Source of the DNA: the human T2T-CHM13v2.0 reference genome, Homo sapiens
Assembly: GCF_009914755.1 (NCBI RefSeq)
Contig: NC_060935.1
Strand: one strand, 5' to 3'
DNA length: 64,000 nt
The first letter of the stretch is position 1. Every line of letters begins with the position of its first letter. Made by a program: the position numbers and the translations under genes. Shown here piece by piece: positions 30,795 to 43,015 of the stretch. The notes under the pieces are model-generated. The model was not told where the DNA came from. It saw only the letters and a program-made list of their open reading frames with translations, and ran no database searches.

Positions 30795-30990
30795 TTAGTA
30801 CTTGCTATTTACCAGGCCCTCTCTTAAGCAGCTTTACCTATCTCTTCCTATCCCCAGAAGAACACTAATGAGATTGCCACTCTACAGAGGAGGAAGCTGA
30901 GGCACAGAGAGGTTCAGTAGCTTGTTGGAAGTTACACAGCTGCTAAGTGTTGAAGCCAGGATTTGAGTCCTGGCAATCTCCCTGACTATA
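30795..30990 (-). mobile_element. MIR SINE immediately upstream of the intronic LRR copy
   Basis: acagaggaggaagctgaggcacagagaggtt...ccaggatttgagtcc. Confidence 0.75.
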
Positions 30991-31066
30991 TCCTGAAGAG
31001 TCAGGTTCTGGCCTGCCGGAAGAGTCAGAACCTGAGTCCTGGACTGGCCAAAGGGCTGCAGTAGAG

Positions 31067-31141
31067 TTCCAGGACCTCATGCAGCTCCAAGACCTGGATC
31101 TCAGCTACGAGAACCTGGCTTTCCTCAAACTCAAGGCCCTG
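31067..31141 (+). other. intronic diverged duplicate of an LRRC55 LRR-coding segment (candidate cassette exon or pseudo-exon)
   Basis: 59/75 nt identical to 29935-30009 with no indels. Translates FQDLMQLQDLDLSYENLAFLKLKAL versus [25 protein letters not shown]. Confidence 0.9.
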
Positions 31142-32604
31142 AGCAGTGTAAACTTTGGGCACAGGGTAGGGAGCTGAAAGGAAGACTGAGATGCGGCAAC
31201 TCAACCAGCCAATCCCAACTGGAGGGTGGACTGGGGCCTGAAGAAGCCCAAATCACATAGGTTTGATGGGCATCCCAACCCAGTGGCATCTGAGCCTGAC
31301 CCAGAGGCAGGCAATGTTCAGCTGTGGCCCTAGCCACCAGCTCTCCTGTGTGACAACACCAAGACTTGGCACAAGAACCCAGAAGTAGTAGCTGAAGGCC
31401 CTATCCAAGGGGCTTTCCCAGAACCTGAGCTCAGCCCATGTTGAGAAGAAGCAATGCTGAATGTGGTAAAAGGGAGAGGAGGACTGAGTGGGGAGCCCAA
31501 GACCAAAATAGTTTGGGGAGGGCTGTGGGTCACGATTCCAGTGTTTCCACAGAGCTGTAGGAGGAAATTCTCTTGCATCAAAATAGCTGGGGACTGGGAT
31601 GGGGCGATGGTGGAGGGCAGGAGTGGGAGGATGCCTGGAGCAATCTCTCAACTTGCTCAAACTTGGCAGGCGCGCCTTCCCTCTCTCTAATAACAGAAAG
31701 GGCACCCAAAGCACTAAGCTTCCATTACACCCAGGGACTCCTTTTCTGTGATCTCTGAGGTCCCTGCTGCTCTGAAGAAGCTCAGACTCCCAGCGAGCAG
31801 GAGAGGGGTCCAAGATTTCATCAGTGTAGGCTCACACATACATCAGTACAGGTGAGGAACCTGAGCTCCAGAAGGGGACAGTGACTGTCCACAGGCCCAT
31901 GATGAGGAAGCAAGCAGTCCCAGCTGGAAAGCCAGGTTCCCTGTTCCTCCACAGAACACACTTAACACCAGGCCACACGCACCAGGGTGCTTCTCCTTAG
32001 GGACAAAACCTTGCCAGTGGAGGCAGAACTAGGTGATGCTCTTCCCTTTAGGTCCTTTTCAGCTGCTTCCTCCCTTTTTCTTTGCGGAACTCCACTGTTA
32101 TCCATGGTTTTTGGAAAAATTGAACAAAGAGGGCCATAATAAGCAAGCCCCTGGGATACAGCATGACTTTAGGACTGGTGCCTTGACTTACCAGGGGGTT
32201 TTGTCAGCCTCCACGTTCCCACCCTGCATCCTGTGTGGTCCCACCAAGGGCTGTCAGGGGCTCCTCTGGCTGGTCCATATGAGGGTTGCCACATTCCCCA
32301 TCTCACTGTCTCACCAGTACCCACTTCATCTACCTAATAGACTTTAGAGTTCAGCATCTTCAGGTTTCCAGAGGAGAGCTCACGCGAGTCAAGCCCAGAG
32401 AGGATCCTGGCCTGGGCAGGACGGGGGTCCTGTGCTCACAGCCTACAGGAATTGCTCAACCTGGGATTTGGGGAAGGTTGTGTTCTCCTTCCAAACCTGA
32501 CTCCCCATTTCCAAGGATATTGATGCTGATTCAATTCTTGAAAGGTTCAATCCAAATCCATCATTTGATTCCTTGCCCTCAAAAACTGCAGAATGAATAC
32601 ATAG

Positions 32605-33005
<401 letters not shown>

Positions 33006-33709
33006 TGGGTTATCCCCTTCTTATAGAGGCCCCTTATTATACAGGCAGAGCATGAGAGCCAGAAAGACCAAAAAAAAAGACTTACCCAAGGTAAGAGCTT
33101 GATTAATATTTATCCACTAAACAAAGGAATGATTGGCTGCTCAAAAGCTGGTGCCTAAAGCTGCATGGCAAGAGTGTCACATGCACACTACCTTTACTTC
33201 CCAGGCAGAGTGAGATAAGACCGTTGACAGCCATCATGCATTCATAAAAGTGACCCCAGAAGAATGAGATGAGACCATCAATGCTGAAAATAACAATAAC
33301 CCCACCAGAAAAAGCAGCCCCCTCCTACAGAAGCTTGAGTGCAGAATATGACCCCCAATGGCCTCTCTAGGAAAAACAACCAATATAATAATTCATATAA
33401 TTGAAATATAATATATGTTATATATTATATATTACATTAATATGTAGCATATAATTCGTGTACGTTAACTCACTGAATCCTCACTACAACCCTGAGAAGT
33501 AGATACTGTTATTATCCTCATTTGACAGATGAAGAAGTCAAGACACAGAGAGATTAAATATCTTACCTGTAATCATGCAACTAGCAAGGGGTGAAGAGGG
33601 GATTTGAAACTAGGCCAATAGCTCTGGAACCCATACTCTTAACTCTATACCCTGTGTATCTGGAAATGCAACATAAGTAGTGGAAAGGCCCAGTGATTTG
33701 GAGTTGGAC

Positions 33710-34400
33710 AGACTCTTATATTCATGTTGTAAAGATTCGTCAAGCACTTACTATGGACAGGACACTGTTCTCATGCTAAAGATACCATGGGAGGGGCTTA
33801 TATTGAAAGGGGAGAAGACAGAAAATAAACCAATAAACTTTCAGGCAGTGATCAACACTACATAGAAAAACACAGCAGAGCAGGGAAGATAGGGAGCCCA
33901 GGGGGAGGTGAAGTGGGGTGCTATTTTATTCAGAGTCTTAAGGAAAGGCCTCACTAATAATGTGGCATTGAGCCAAGTCCCAAAGGAAGTGGGGAGCTGA
34001 GCTGTGCAGAGATCGAGGGAAGAAGTTCCCTCCCAAAGGGACAAATGCAAAAGCATCCCTTCCCCACTTCAAGAGGGGACACTCTGAGATCATGGAAGGA
34101 TGACCAGGAGGTGTGTGTGGCTAGAGCAGGGTAAGTAAGGAACAGAGTGGAAGAGATGGGAAAGAATCCCTGGAGCCCAAGGGGAGCACCTTGGTTTTTG
34201 CTCCATTCAAAGACAGGAATCCAGGGAAGGGTTTAAGTAGAGAAGGTGTGGCAGGACATCAGGTTTGAAAGAACCACTCAGCTGACTGTATTAAAATCGT
34301 TTGTCAGCTGCTGGTGAGGTCCCAGCCTGCAGGCTGAGGACAGACACCTTCTGAAGCCCAGAAACCAGTTGGGAGGTTATTGTAAGAGATGATGGTGTCC
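33710..34400 (-). mobile_element. L2 LINE fragment
   Basis: caagcacttactatggacaggacactgttc...aaggaaaggcctcact... L2-like. Confidence 0.6.
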
Positions 34401-34666
34401 CCAGATCTACCACTGGTCACAGCCAGATGACTTTCAGCAAATTGCTAAACTCTTTAAACAGTACTTTCCACATCTATAGAAATAGGCATAAAAATCCTTG
34501 TCTTGAGAGTTGTTGAGGGAACTAAAGGAGTTAAGTAGAATTCTTGGCACATGGAAGAACTTCAATGAATGTCTTTCTTACTTTTTCCAGCAAGCGGTTG
34601 TGGGTGGACTTTCCAATCCCCTCTCCTTCCCTGGGTACCTCACCCTCCCTGGCTTCTGTGTTACAG

Positions 34667-34902
34667 ATTCTCAGCTGGCTGAGTGCCGGGGCCCTCCTGA
34701 AGTCGAGGGCGCCCCGCTCTTCTCACTCACTGAGGAGAGCTTCAAGGCCTGCCACCTGACCCTGACCCTGGATGATTACCTATTCATTGCGTTCGTGGGC
34801 TTCGTGGTCTCCATTGCTTCTGTGGCCACCAACTTCCTCCTGGGCATCACTGCCAACTGCTGCCACCGCTGGAGCAAGGCCAGTGAAGAGGAAGAGATCT
34901 GA
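34667..34902 (+). CDS. LRRC55: LRRC55 coding exon 2 (end of LRRCT, TM helix, C-tail)
   Basis: Acceptor ...ctgtgttacag|ATTC at 34666/34667; G+AT restores Asp. Encodes [11 protein letters not shown]...[50 protein letters not shown], with TGA at 34900-34902. 661+236=897 nt = 298 aa + stop. Confidence 0.97.
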
Positions 34903-37900
34903 CATGCCTGCCTCTCATCCCTCCATGCTGCTGACCGCCACAGCTGCTGGCCACCAGACGCCCTCCCTGACTGCTCACTCTGGTTCCATGGTGACCTGGC
35001 TGCCTCAGTCATGGTTCAAGCAAGGTGGGGACACTCATTTTGTATGAGCATCTGCTTTGGGCCAGGCGGCACGCTAGGAATTGGGAACATCAGATGAACT
35101 GACTCAGTCCCTGCCCTCAAGGCACTTCCCTCTGGTCAAGGAGAGAGATCCAAAAACTATTCCCTTTAAGACTATATGTCAGGACTCTGAGCACGTCATT
35201 ATGGAGGCCCAGAGGAGGAGCCATCATCTGTATCTAGCAATGTCCATGAGAATTATAAGATTAGAGTGATTTGTGAACTGGGTCATCAGGAAATATCTAC
35301 TTTGTCAGGTAGGCAAAGAAGGGTGTCTGCACATGGCAGAGGCCAGAATATGCATAGTGTGCTGTGTTGAGAAGAGTGAACAGTTCCTGGTCACTTACTT
35401 GTATAGAGGGGGTGTGGCACAGAACTCAAACCTACCCCTCACCTCCTGACACCAAAACTGTCAGCTCTCAGCAATGCCAGCCACTGCCTACAGGGAGTAA
35501 GAACACCTCTATGACAGCCCCTGGCCTCCTTCCACCAGCAGCTACCAGGTGAGACCACCTCCCAGTGACTGCCCCCATATGACCAAATGTCACCAGTTGG
35601 TGAGGTCCCAGGCAGCAGGCTGAGGATGGACACTTTCAATGCCCTTGCTCCTGCCTCTCACTCAAGTTTTGCTTCAGAAGAGAGAGGCAGGAGGCCCAGC
35701 AACTGGGGCAGCAAGAGTCCTGGCACCTTGGGATCCTAATCATGTGACTGTTCTTGCCACAGTGCTCATGCCACAGGGTCTCACCAGGAAAGTGCACTGT
35801 GGGCCACAGACCCACAGCCTGGCAGCAACCAGAGCTAAAAGGGGACAAAGGCAGCACAGTTATGACCATATGAGGCTTTGCATTTTCTTCTAAGCAACTT
35901 ACCCACGTTAAGCATGAGGGTGAGAGAGCTATTAAATACTAAGCCCTTGCCAGTGTCAGGTACTTTGAAAAGCTCTCTGCACAAACCATTCCCTTTGACA
36001 CACACACACACAAATCTTTTGAGGTGAACGCTGTTGTTCCCATTTTACGGATGAGGCAACTAAGGCTCAGAGAGGTTAAAGTCACATGCCACTATGAGCA
36101 AGATAAAGTCTGTGCTCTTTCTACTGCCCCATCTAAGTTGGGGAACATCACCATTCCCTCTAGAGTTATATAAATTCAAATTCAACTAGAGCTGACAAAG
36201 TTCCTCATAAGGTCCAGGCACTCCTCTGGGCACTTTTATATCTATTGACTCACTTCTTTCAATTCTCACAGCAACACTGCCTGGTGGTTTTTATTATCCC
36301 CATTTGACAGATGAATTAATCGTAGAGAGTTGAGTGACTTACCCAAGGTTGTCTGGATAAGCCCTAGAAGGAAGGCGGTAGGCAGCTCCATTCAGGGAAA
36401 CTGCATCTAATCAGTCAGTCAAAAATCAAGTAACTTTACGAGCAAAGCACAATTATCATCATCGTGGTCTTCTTCATCAGTTTCGTCAGCAGCATCATTA
36501 TCTTCCCTCTATTTGTTCAGCACCGGATAGTTCATGAGTATTTTTGCATCATTCTCCTTGACTTTTCACATCCCTGTGCAGGAGGTAAATCAAACATCAG
36601 TAATCCTGTTTTACAGATGGGGAAAAAAGTCTCAAGGTTGGATATGACTTGCTATGTGGCAAGGTTGGGGCTCAACCCTAACACAGTTCTCTTTCCAGTG
36701 CTTTCTCAAGTGCTTGGGGAAGAGAATGCCTCAGAAGGCTGGGTAGTGGGGCCCTGGAATTCAGCATCCATGAATGTGCTAGTGGATAAGCTAAATAGAA
36801 GGCAGCCAAACCCATCTGCTGTACAGATTGAACTATGCTCACGGTAGGGCAAATTGCAGGCTCTGAAACAGAGACTACACAGGTAACACCTGAATAGGAG
36901 ACTCCTGCTTTACAATGTGTAGATAAAACATCAGCAATGGTGGCCATGGTGGCAGTCATGTGAAAAGTAAGATCTTTGGGAATCAAGAAAGGAAGCTGTG
37001 TTAACCACTCCTGCTCAAGCCCTGCTGCGTGTGTTGCAAGAGATACTAAGAGAGCAAGAAAGCTATAGGTGAGAACCTCTGCAGTTTAGGAGAAGAACAT
37101 CAAGGCACAGTCCAACATGCTGATAAGTCTGGCCAGGAGGAGAATTAAAACAGGGGCTTTCCACACCTCCCTTGCCCCAAGCTCCAGCGGTATTCTATCA
37201 GCCCATCCTCCTGGAAAGCCTGAAAGGAATGAAGGAGGCTAATAAGTCATCTTCCAGGAAGGCATCCCTCACTCGTGCTTCCCTGAGCTAGTCAACCAAA
37301 AGAGTCTTCAGAAACTTTGCTAGACCTGAAGTACTTGAACCTGTGTCCCCTGAATCTTTCTTACAACATCTGGGACAAATCCCTGGCCCTGTGACATCCG
37401 AAGCAGAACTGTGCCCTGCTCTCTCCTTCTGTGATGACCAAGGATGGTGAACTCAAGTTGTTCTCTACAAGCCAGGCCAGCAACCTAAATACTTGGAGAG
37501 GAACTTTTAGAAACTATAATCCTGACAAAATAGAAAAGTTTCCCATAGGGGCATACCATAATACTATAATAACCTCCCAGGAACTATTGTTTGCCAAAAT
37601 GTAGTTAATATATTTTAAGATATATGCTTTTTTGCATAGGACTAGAACCAGAAAAGACACCAAATGCCCCCTTGACATCAATGTCTTTTCTAGTGGGACA
37701 ATTTGGTCTCCATTAATGCCAAACCTTTCTGAACAGGATACATGGCTTTTAAAGGACAGATGTTTCTCCTGCTGCTAGAAGTTCCTCAGTTTACTAGAGC
37801 ACAATGAGGAAAGTATTCAACCTCCCTACTGCCAAGGAATTCCCTGCTTCTCCCCCACCGCCATCATCTTGTCCAAGCTATCAGAAGCAACCTTCTAGAG

Positions 37901-38161
37901 ATAATCTAACAATCCTGATTAGAATTGCTCCCATATCCCTGGTGACCACAGGCTTCATTCAAATTGTCCAAACTGGTTAACATGTATGTGATGGGGTATC
38001 TCTGCATCTGTATGTCTGTCTGCGAGGTTCCTTGTATATTGGCTGTCCGCTGACTTGGGACAGATCTCTCTAGAACTTGGGTTCAGTTCTCTGACATAGT
38101 CCACTCAGCCATAGGCTGAGTGGCTAAATATGCATAAATAAGCATGCCTAAATAGGCATAT

Positions 38162-38241
38162 ATAGGTTGGTGCAAAAGTAATTGCGGTTTTTGCCATTAA
38201 AAATGATAGCAAAAATCCCAATTACTTTTGCGTCAATCTAA
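38162..38241. mobile_element. MADE1 mariner-derived MITE (palindromic) in the LRRC55 3'UTR
   Basis: taggttggtgcaaaagtaattgcggtttttgccatt...gcaaaaatcccaattacttttgcgtcaatcta, flanked by TA. Confidence 0.93.
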
Positions 38242-39114
38242 TATTACATTGCTTGATAGATTAAGATGGAATCCCACCAGGTTTAGGGTAGGACTGGATG
38301 CTCAAAAAATAAAGAAGGAGAAAAATCTGTGGCAGAGGCATCCTAATGAGAACCTGACTTCTCCTTGCTTCCCTCTGCTCTCTCCTGCGCCTCAGAGACT
38401 TGTCCCCATTGCAGAAGCTTCCTCCATGCTAGGCCAGAGGATATCAAAGTTTAGTTTGGTCAAGATTTGGGCCAAGAAAATTCCTTTTTAGAAGAGCCCT
38501 CATATCTGAATCACATCACTTTGGGCCAGTTATCTCTGGTCACCCTCAGACAAACCCTCGTCTCTTTTTCTCCCTTCCTAGAGGAATTCCCAGGGAACTT
38601 TGCAGAAATAGGTCTCCAGAGTTGCTACAGAGGTTCATGGCTCCTTTCGAGGAGGGACATGTATGAAATTTGAACAGATCAAGACAGGTGTTTGTCTTCA
38701 ACCATGGGGGAAGACCTCCAGCTTCCATTTTCCCCTATACGTGTCTGTGCTGACATCCTTTCCAGCAGTAGAAGACTAAAAAGATATATCTTAACCCATT
38801 CCTCAAAAGGACATCTTCCTAAAGCCAGAGAAAATTGTCTGCGCTTCCCCACCCCAGGAAGAGGCAAAAGGGAAGTGAGGGCGTCACAAGGTCTTTTGTA
38901 AATCACTATTGTGTTTGTCACAGCACTGGGCGGAGAGCTGGATCCACAGAGCTCTCAGTTTTTCTAAGCACTGTCCTGTAATGTGCTAATGTCTGGGGGT
39001 GGGAGGGCTGGGGAGGGGTGGGGTTAGAGGGAAGATGCCAACCTTTGTATGGAGATGATTTTATAACCATGCACTTTTGTAACTGTGCAGAATTTTTCAT
39101 AAATGTACATTAAT

Positions 39115-39120
39115 AATAAA
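39115..39120 (+). terminator. polyadenylation signal AATAAA
   Basis: ...aaatgtacattaatAATAAAgagtgtatagttt, preceded by TGTA elements. Confidence 0.75.
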
Positions 39121-40570
39121 GAGTGTATAGTTTAACAAATTTTCCTAAGAGCTGTGAAGAGGGATAGGGAGAGGGAGGGAGGTAGAGAAAGAAAGAGAGA
39201 AAGGAACTAGGCGGAACCAAGAGAATGTGTGCCAAAATATACGCACAAAAGGTCTATGGGAGGGAGTGGATGGAAATAATTAGGAGATGTGCCAGCCATG
39301 GAGGGGCATGTGTGGGAGTTGAAGGAACATCACAGAAGTATATTTCTACCAGGCAAAAAAAGAATACGCGTGTGTCTGTATGCACATACCCCTCTGTGTA
39401 GGCATATTTTGGTGCCTGAAATTACACAAAGAAGAGAGCATATGTCTTACACATGTTGATGTTTGCAACTTGGGTCGTCCATAAAACATACCAAGGCAAG
39501 TGGGTGTGCCTGCCTAGTTAGCATCACTGAAGGGTGTGTGATAAGGAGATAGCACACACCAGCAGCATGGGCAGAAAGACATTAACTCAGGCATGCAGGT
39601 AAATCAGGCATCTAAATGCATGGTGTTGGGGCTGGATGAGGCCATTGCTGGTATAAGTTCAGCCTCTGTTCTCATAGGTTAATAAAGAAGGGAAAGGATT
39701 CTAAACCTCCTGGGTTTTGCAAGTGTTGCCTGTACATCATCAGAAGTGAGATGCCTAGGCAGTGTACCTTGAGAATAGGGACAGGAAAAGAAGGAAAGTG
39801 TACTTCTGTAGGTACAATGGCAGCTGTTTTTATCTTAGTATTCTAAGTAGGAAGTGGCTGTAAGGAAGTCAATCCAAGCAGGAAGTGGCTCTGAGCAGAA
39901 AGTAGTTCCTTCCACCAATAGGGATGTTAACCTCCCTCTATTCCTCCCACTCCAATTGCCACAGGGTACAAACAAATACCGCACTCATAGCCTCTAAATG
40001 GAACACAGATACTGACTCAGAACACTTAGCTAAACAGAGAACATCTTCAACTGTAATCAGTGTTTTCTAGAGTAGATTAGAGGGAGGCAAAACCCTTCTC
40101 TTCAAATTAAGTATTTAATAGAGACTATGCTGAACAAGTGCAAGATCAAAAATAAGGCTCCTGAAATAAGCAGACATCTCATGAAAGACCAGATCTTGCA
40201 TATCCCATTCAATGCTGTTCATAGTGCCAAGGACTGATGATGGTGATGATGATGATGTTGATGATGATGATATATTTACTCATCACTTACTGTGTGCCAG
40301 CTGCTCTGCTAAGCACTATATATGGATTAATTTACTTAATTTTCACAAAAACCCAAGGTAAGTACTATTATTATTTCTATTTTACAGATGAGGCAACTGA
40401 GGCACAAACAAGCTAACGTGCTTAAGGTCACATAGCTAGTAAGTAGTTGATCTGAGTTTAGACACTCAGTAATACTTGGTGACTGACTAACTTCAGAAGA
40501 CAAGAACAATGTGGGCCATAAGAGAAAATTCAGTCTCAGTCAAAAGTAGGGTTTTAGCCACAGAGGTCTT

Positions 40571-40918
40571 TATATCAGTTTATTTTCACACTGCTGATAA
40601 AGACATACCTGAGACTGGGAAGAAAAGGAGGTTTAATTTGACTTACAGTTCCACATGGCTGGGGAGGTCTCATAATCATGGCGGAGGGTGAAAGACACTT
40701 CTTACATGGCAGCAGCAAGACAGAATAAGGAAGAAGCAAAAGGGAAAATCCCTGATAAACCCATCAGATCTTGTTATTCACTATCACGAGAACTGCATGG
40801 GAAAGACCAGCCCCCATGATTCAATTACCTCCCCCTAGGTCCATCCCACAACACGTGGGAATTCTAGGAGATACAATTGAAGTTGAGGTTTGAGTGAGGA
40901 CACAGCCAAACCATATCA
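40571..40918 (-). mobile_element. THE1-type solo LTR
   Basis: Similar to 16088-16451; 5-bp TSD GTCTT on both sides. Confidence 0.9.
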
Positions 40919-40974
40919 GTCTTCTGTGATTATTTGGTGAAAAAAATTGGAGAGTAATAGGTAAAACCAACAAG

Positions 40975-42350
40975 TATCCTATCTGTTTCATTGCAAGTAG
41001 CTTTAATGGTTGCATTGGACAAGGTAGACTAATTGTGATAATAGGTGATTCCAAAATCTCAACAAAGTAGAGATGTGTTTGCTAGGTTATTTGATACAAT
41101 TAATTCTTATTTCCTGCTCATGTCATGTCCCAAAGCATGTCAGAGGCTCTGCCTCACATGGTTATTCAGGGACCCAGGATTCTTCCATCTAGTGGCTCTG
41201 CCATCTCTGAGGCCATGGGAATTCTCTACAGCATGGAGGATCTCAAGGACATTTGCAGGAGTCAAAAATAGAAGCATTGTACTTTAATTCCCGCATATTC
41301 CATTGGCCAGAACTGAGTCCCATGATTTCATTTAACATCAGGGAAGTAGACTAGCTGTGCACATAGAAGGCAAAGGAAACAGACTTTGATCAACTCCACC
41401 AGTCTCTAACATGGTCTGCTCTTCTTGTTACCAAATACCTGTTTCACTCTTCCTCCACACTTATCTTACCCTGTCAGCACATCCAGGTCAAAGCTCAAGA
41501 TCGCCAATGTTCCAGTATCTCCATCAGGTCTCTTGGTGGTCCAGTGACCTATGAACTAAAAAGAAAAATTATCTGCCCCCCAACCCACCCCCTACTCTAC
41601 ACACACCCAATATACAATGGTGGCACAGGGACAGAGTAACAGCAAATTAAAGACCTTGTTTGAAAAGAAGGAAAACACACACGCCCATTATGGTTCATAG
41701 CAATTCTGAAATCCTGCTTGGAGAGCATTATGAAGGCCTCAGACTAAGTTCTTATATTCAACTCTGATTCTGTTTTCTGAGAAGAACTCCTTTGTCACCG
41801 TCCTCTGTGACCTGACTCTTCCCTTTTGATTGAAGGGTCTCCCTTTTCCATTATCCACCATGGCTATATCTACAGTGGATATTGGGGAGAATGCAACCTT
41901 TGGCAGTTACCCAGCTTCAACAGCCAGCCTTCTGCTGGTGCAAGTATGCTGGCGTGAAACTGGTTTTAGGACTCAATAGTCGAAAGCTTTTTGGTTCCAG
42001 GTTCATGGTTTCATAGCAATTTACCTCCCTTAAAAACGTAGTAGATTTCTGTTTGCTTCCACTAAGTTCCACATTTCAGTACACATACAAAGTTTTGTCC
42101 CAAAAAGTGCTTTCAAGCCTATTGTGATGCTTTGCTTTCTCTTCTTCCATGCCTCTTTCTCTTCCCTTAATGCAGCCTTGCAATTATCTGAAACAACAGA
42201 TGAGAAGGACACATTCTTATTCTTGTTCATTTCCTCTTGGCTAAGTCTCATTAACTGGATGTTTTTAGGGCACCTTGTTGCTCACAGCCTTTTTCAATTT
42301 TATCTCTTATCATTTAGGTCTAGAAGCAGTCAGCTTTTTCCATTTTTTAG
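40975..42350 (-). mobile_element. old MLT1-type LTR plus internal sequence (approximate)
   Basis: cagggacccagg...ttccatctagtggctctgccatc...cattggccagaact motifs followed by int-like sequence. Confidence 0.5.
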
Positions 42351-43015
42351 TGCCCCTCATTTTTTACTTTCTTTCTCTTTCTTTTCATTTCTAATTTCAA
42401 ACTCCTTTAGAACTAAGTAAGGCATTTAGAAACCTGGTTTGGATCAATCTGGACTGAGACCAAAAATATTTAAAATGCATCAACAGTTAGGCAACCTGAA
42501 CTTCACGAAGGGAATGAAACTCCTCATGGGAAATGGTCATCGGGATGAGAAGGAAGGAAACTGAGAAGAAGAAAAAAAATGCTACCAAGCTAGAGAGTTC
42601 ACTGATGACATTCAGATTTCAGAAAGTCTACCAGAAATCACCACAGCAGGTCTGCCAGGTTGCTGGGAAAAAGTTACTCCTAGTGGATGCTGGTAAAGAG
42701 GCTATCTAAAGAGAAAATGTTGGCTGTATTGTATTGCTGGTCATTATTCCCAACCCCCTCAACATGGAAGGCAGAGATCACAAGGAAATACAAACGCCAC
42801 TGTGACACAGTTACAAGAAAAATAATATTGTTAGGTGCCCCCATCCTCCACCCAGCTTTACACCTATCTCATGGAATCATTCAGGAGTATACTGCATGAC
42901 ATTCTAGAAAACACAAAATAATGTGGCTAATTTTACAAAGCTAAGGATTCTATTCCTGTAGCTGAGCCAGTATTCAAAAGAGATCCCTGGATCTGCATAT
43001 TAAAAGCCAAAGCTG

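Larger units (their letters stand above)
34903..39135 (+). other. LRRC55: LRRC55 long 3'UTR (end approximate)
   Basis: Runs from the stop codon to the canonical AATAAA at 39115-39120, which has upstream UGUA motifs and U-rich context. The cleavage site is inferred. Confidence 0.7.
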
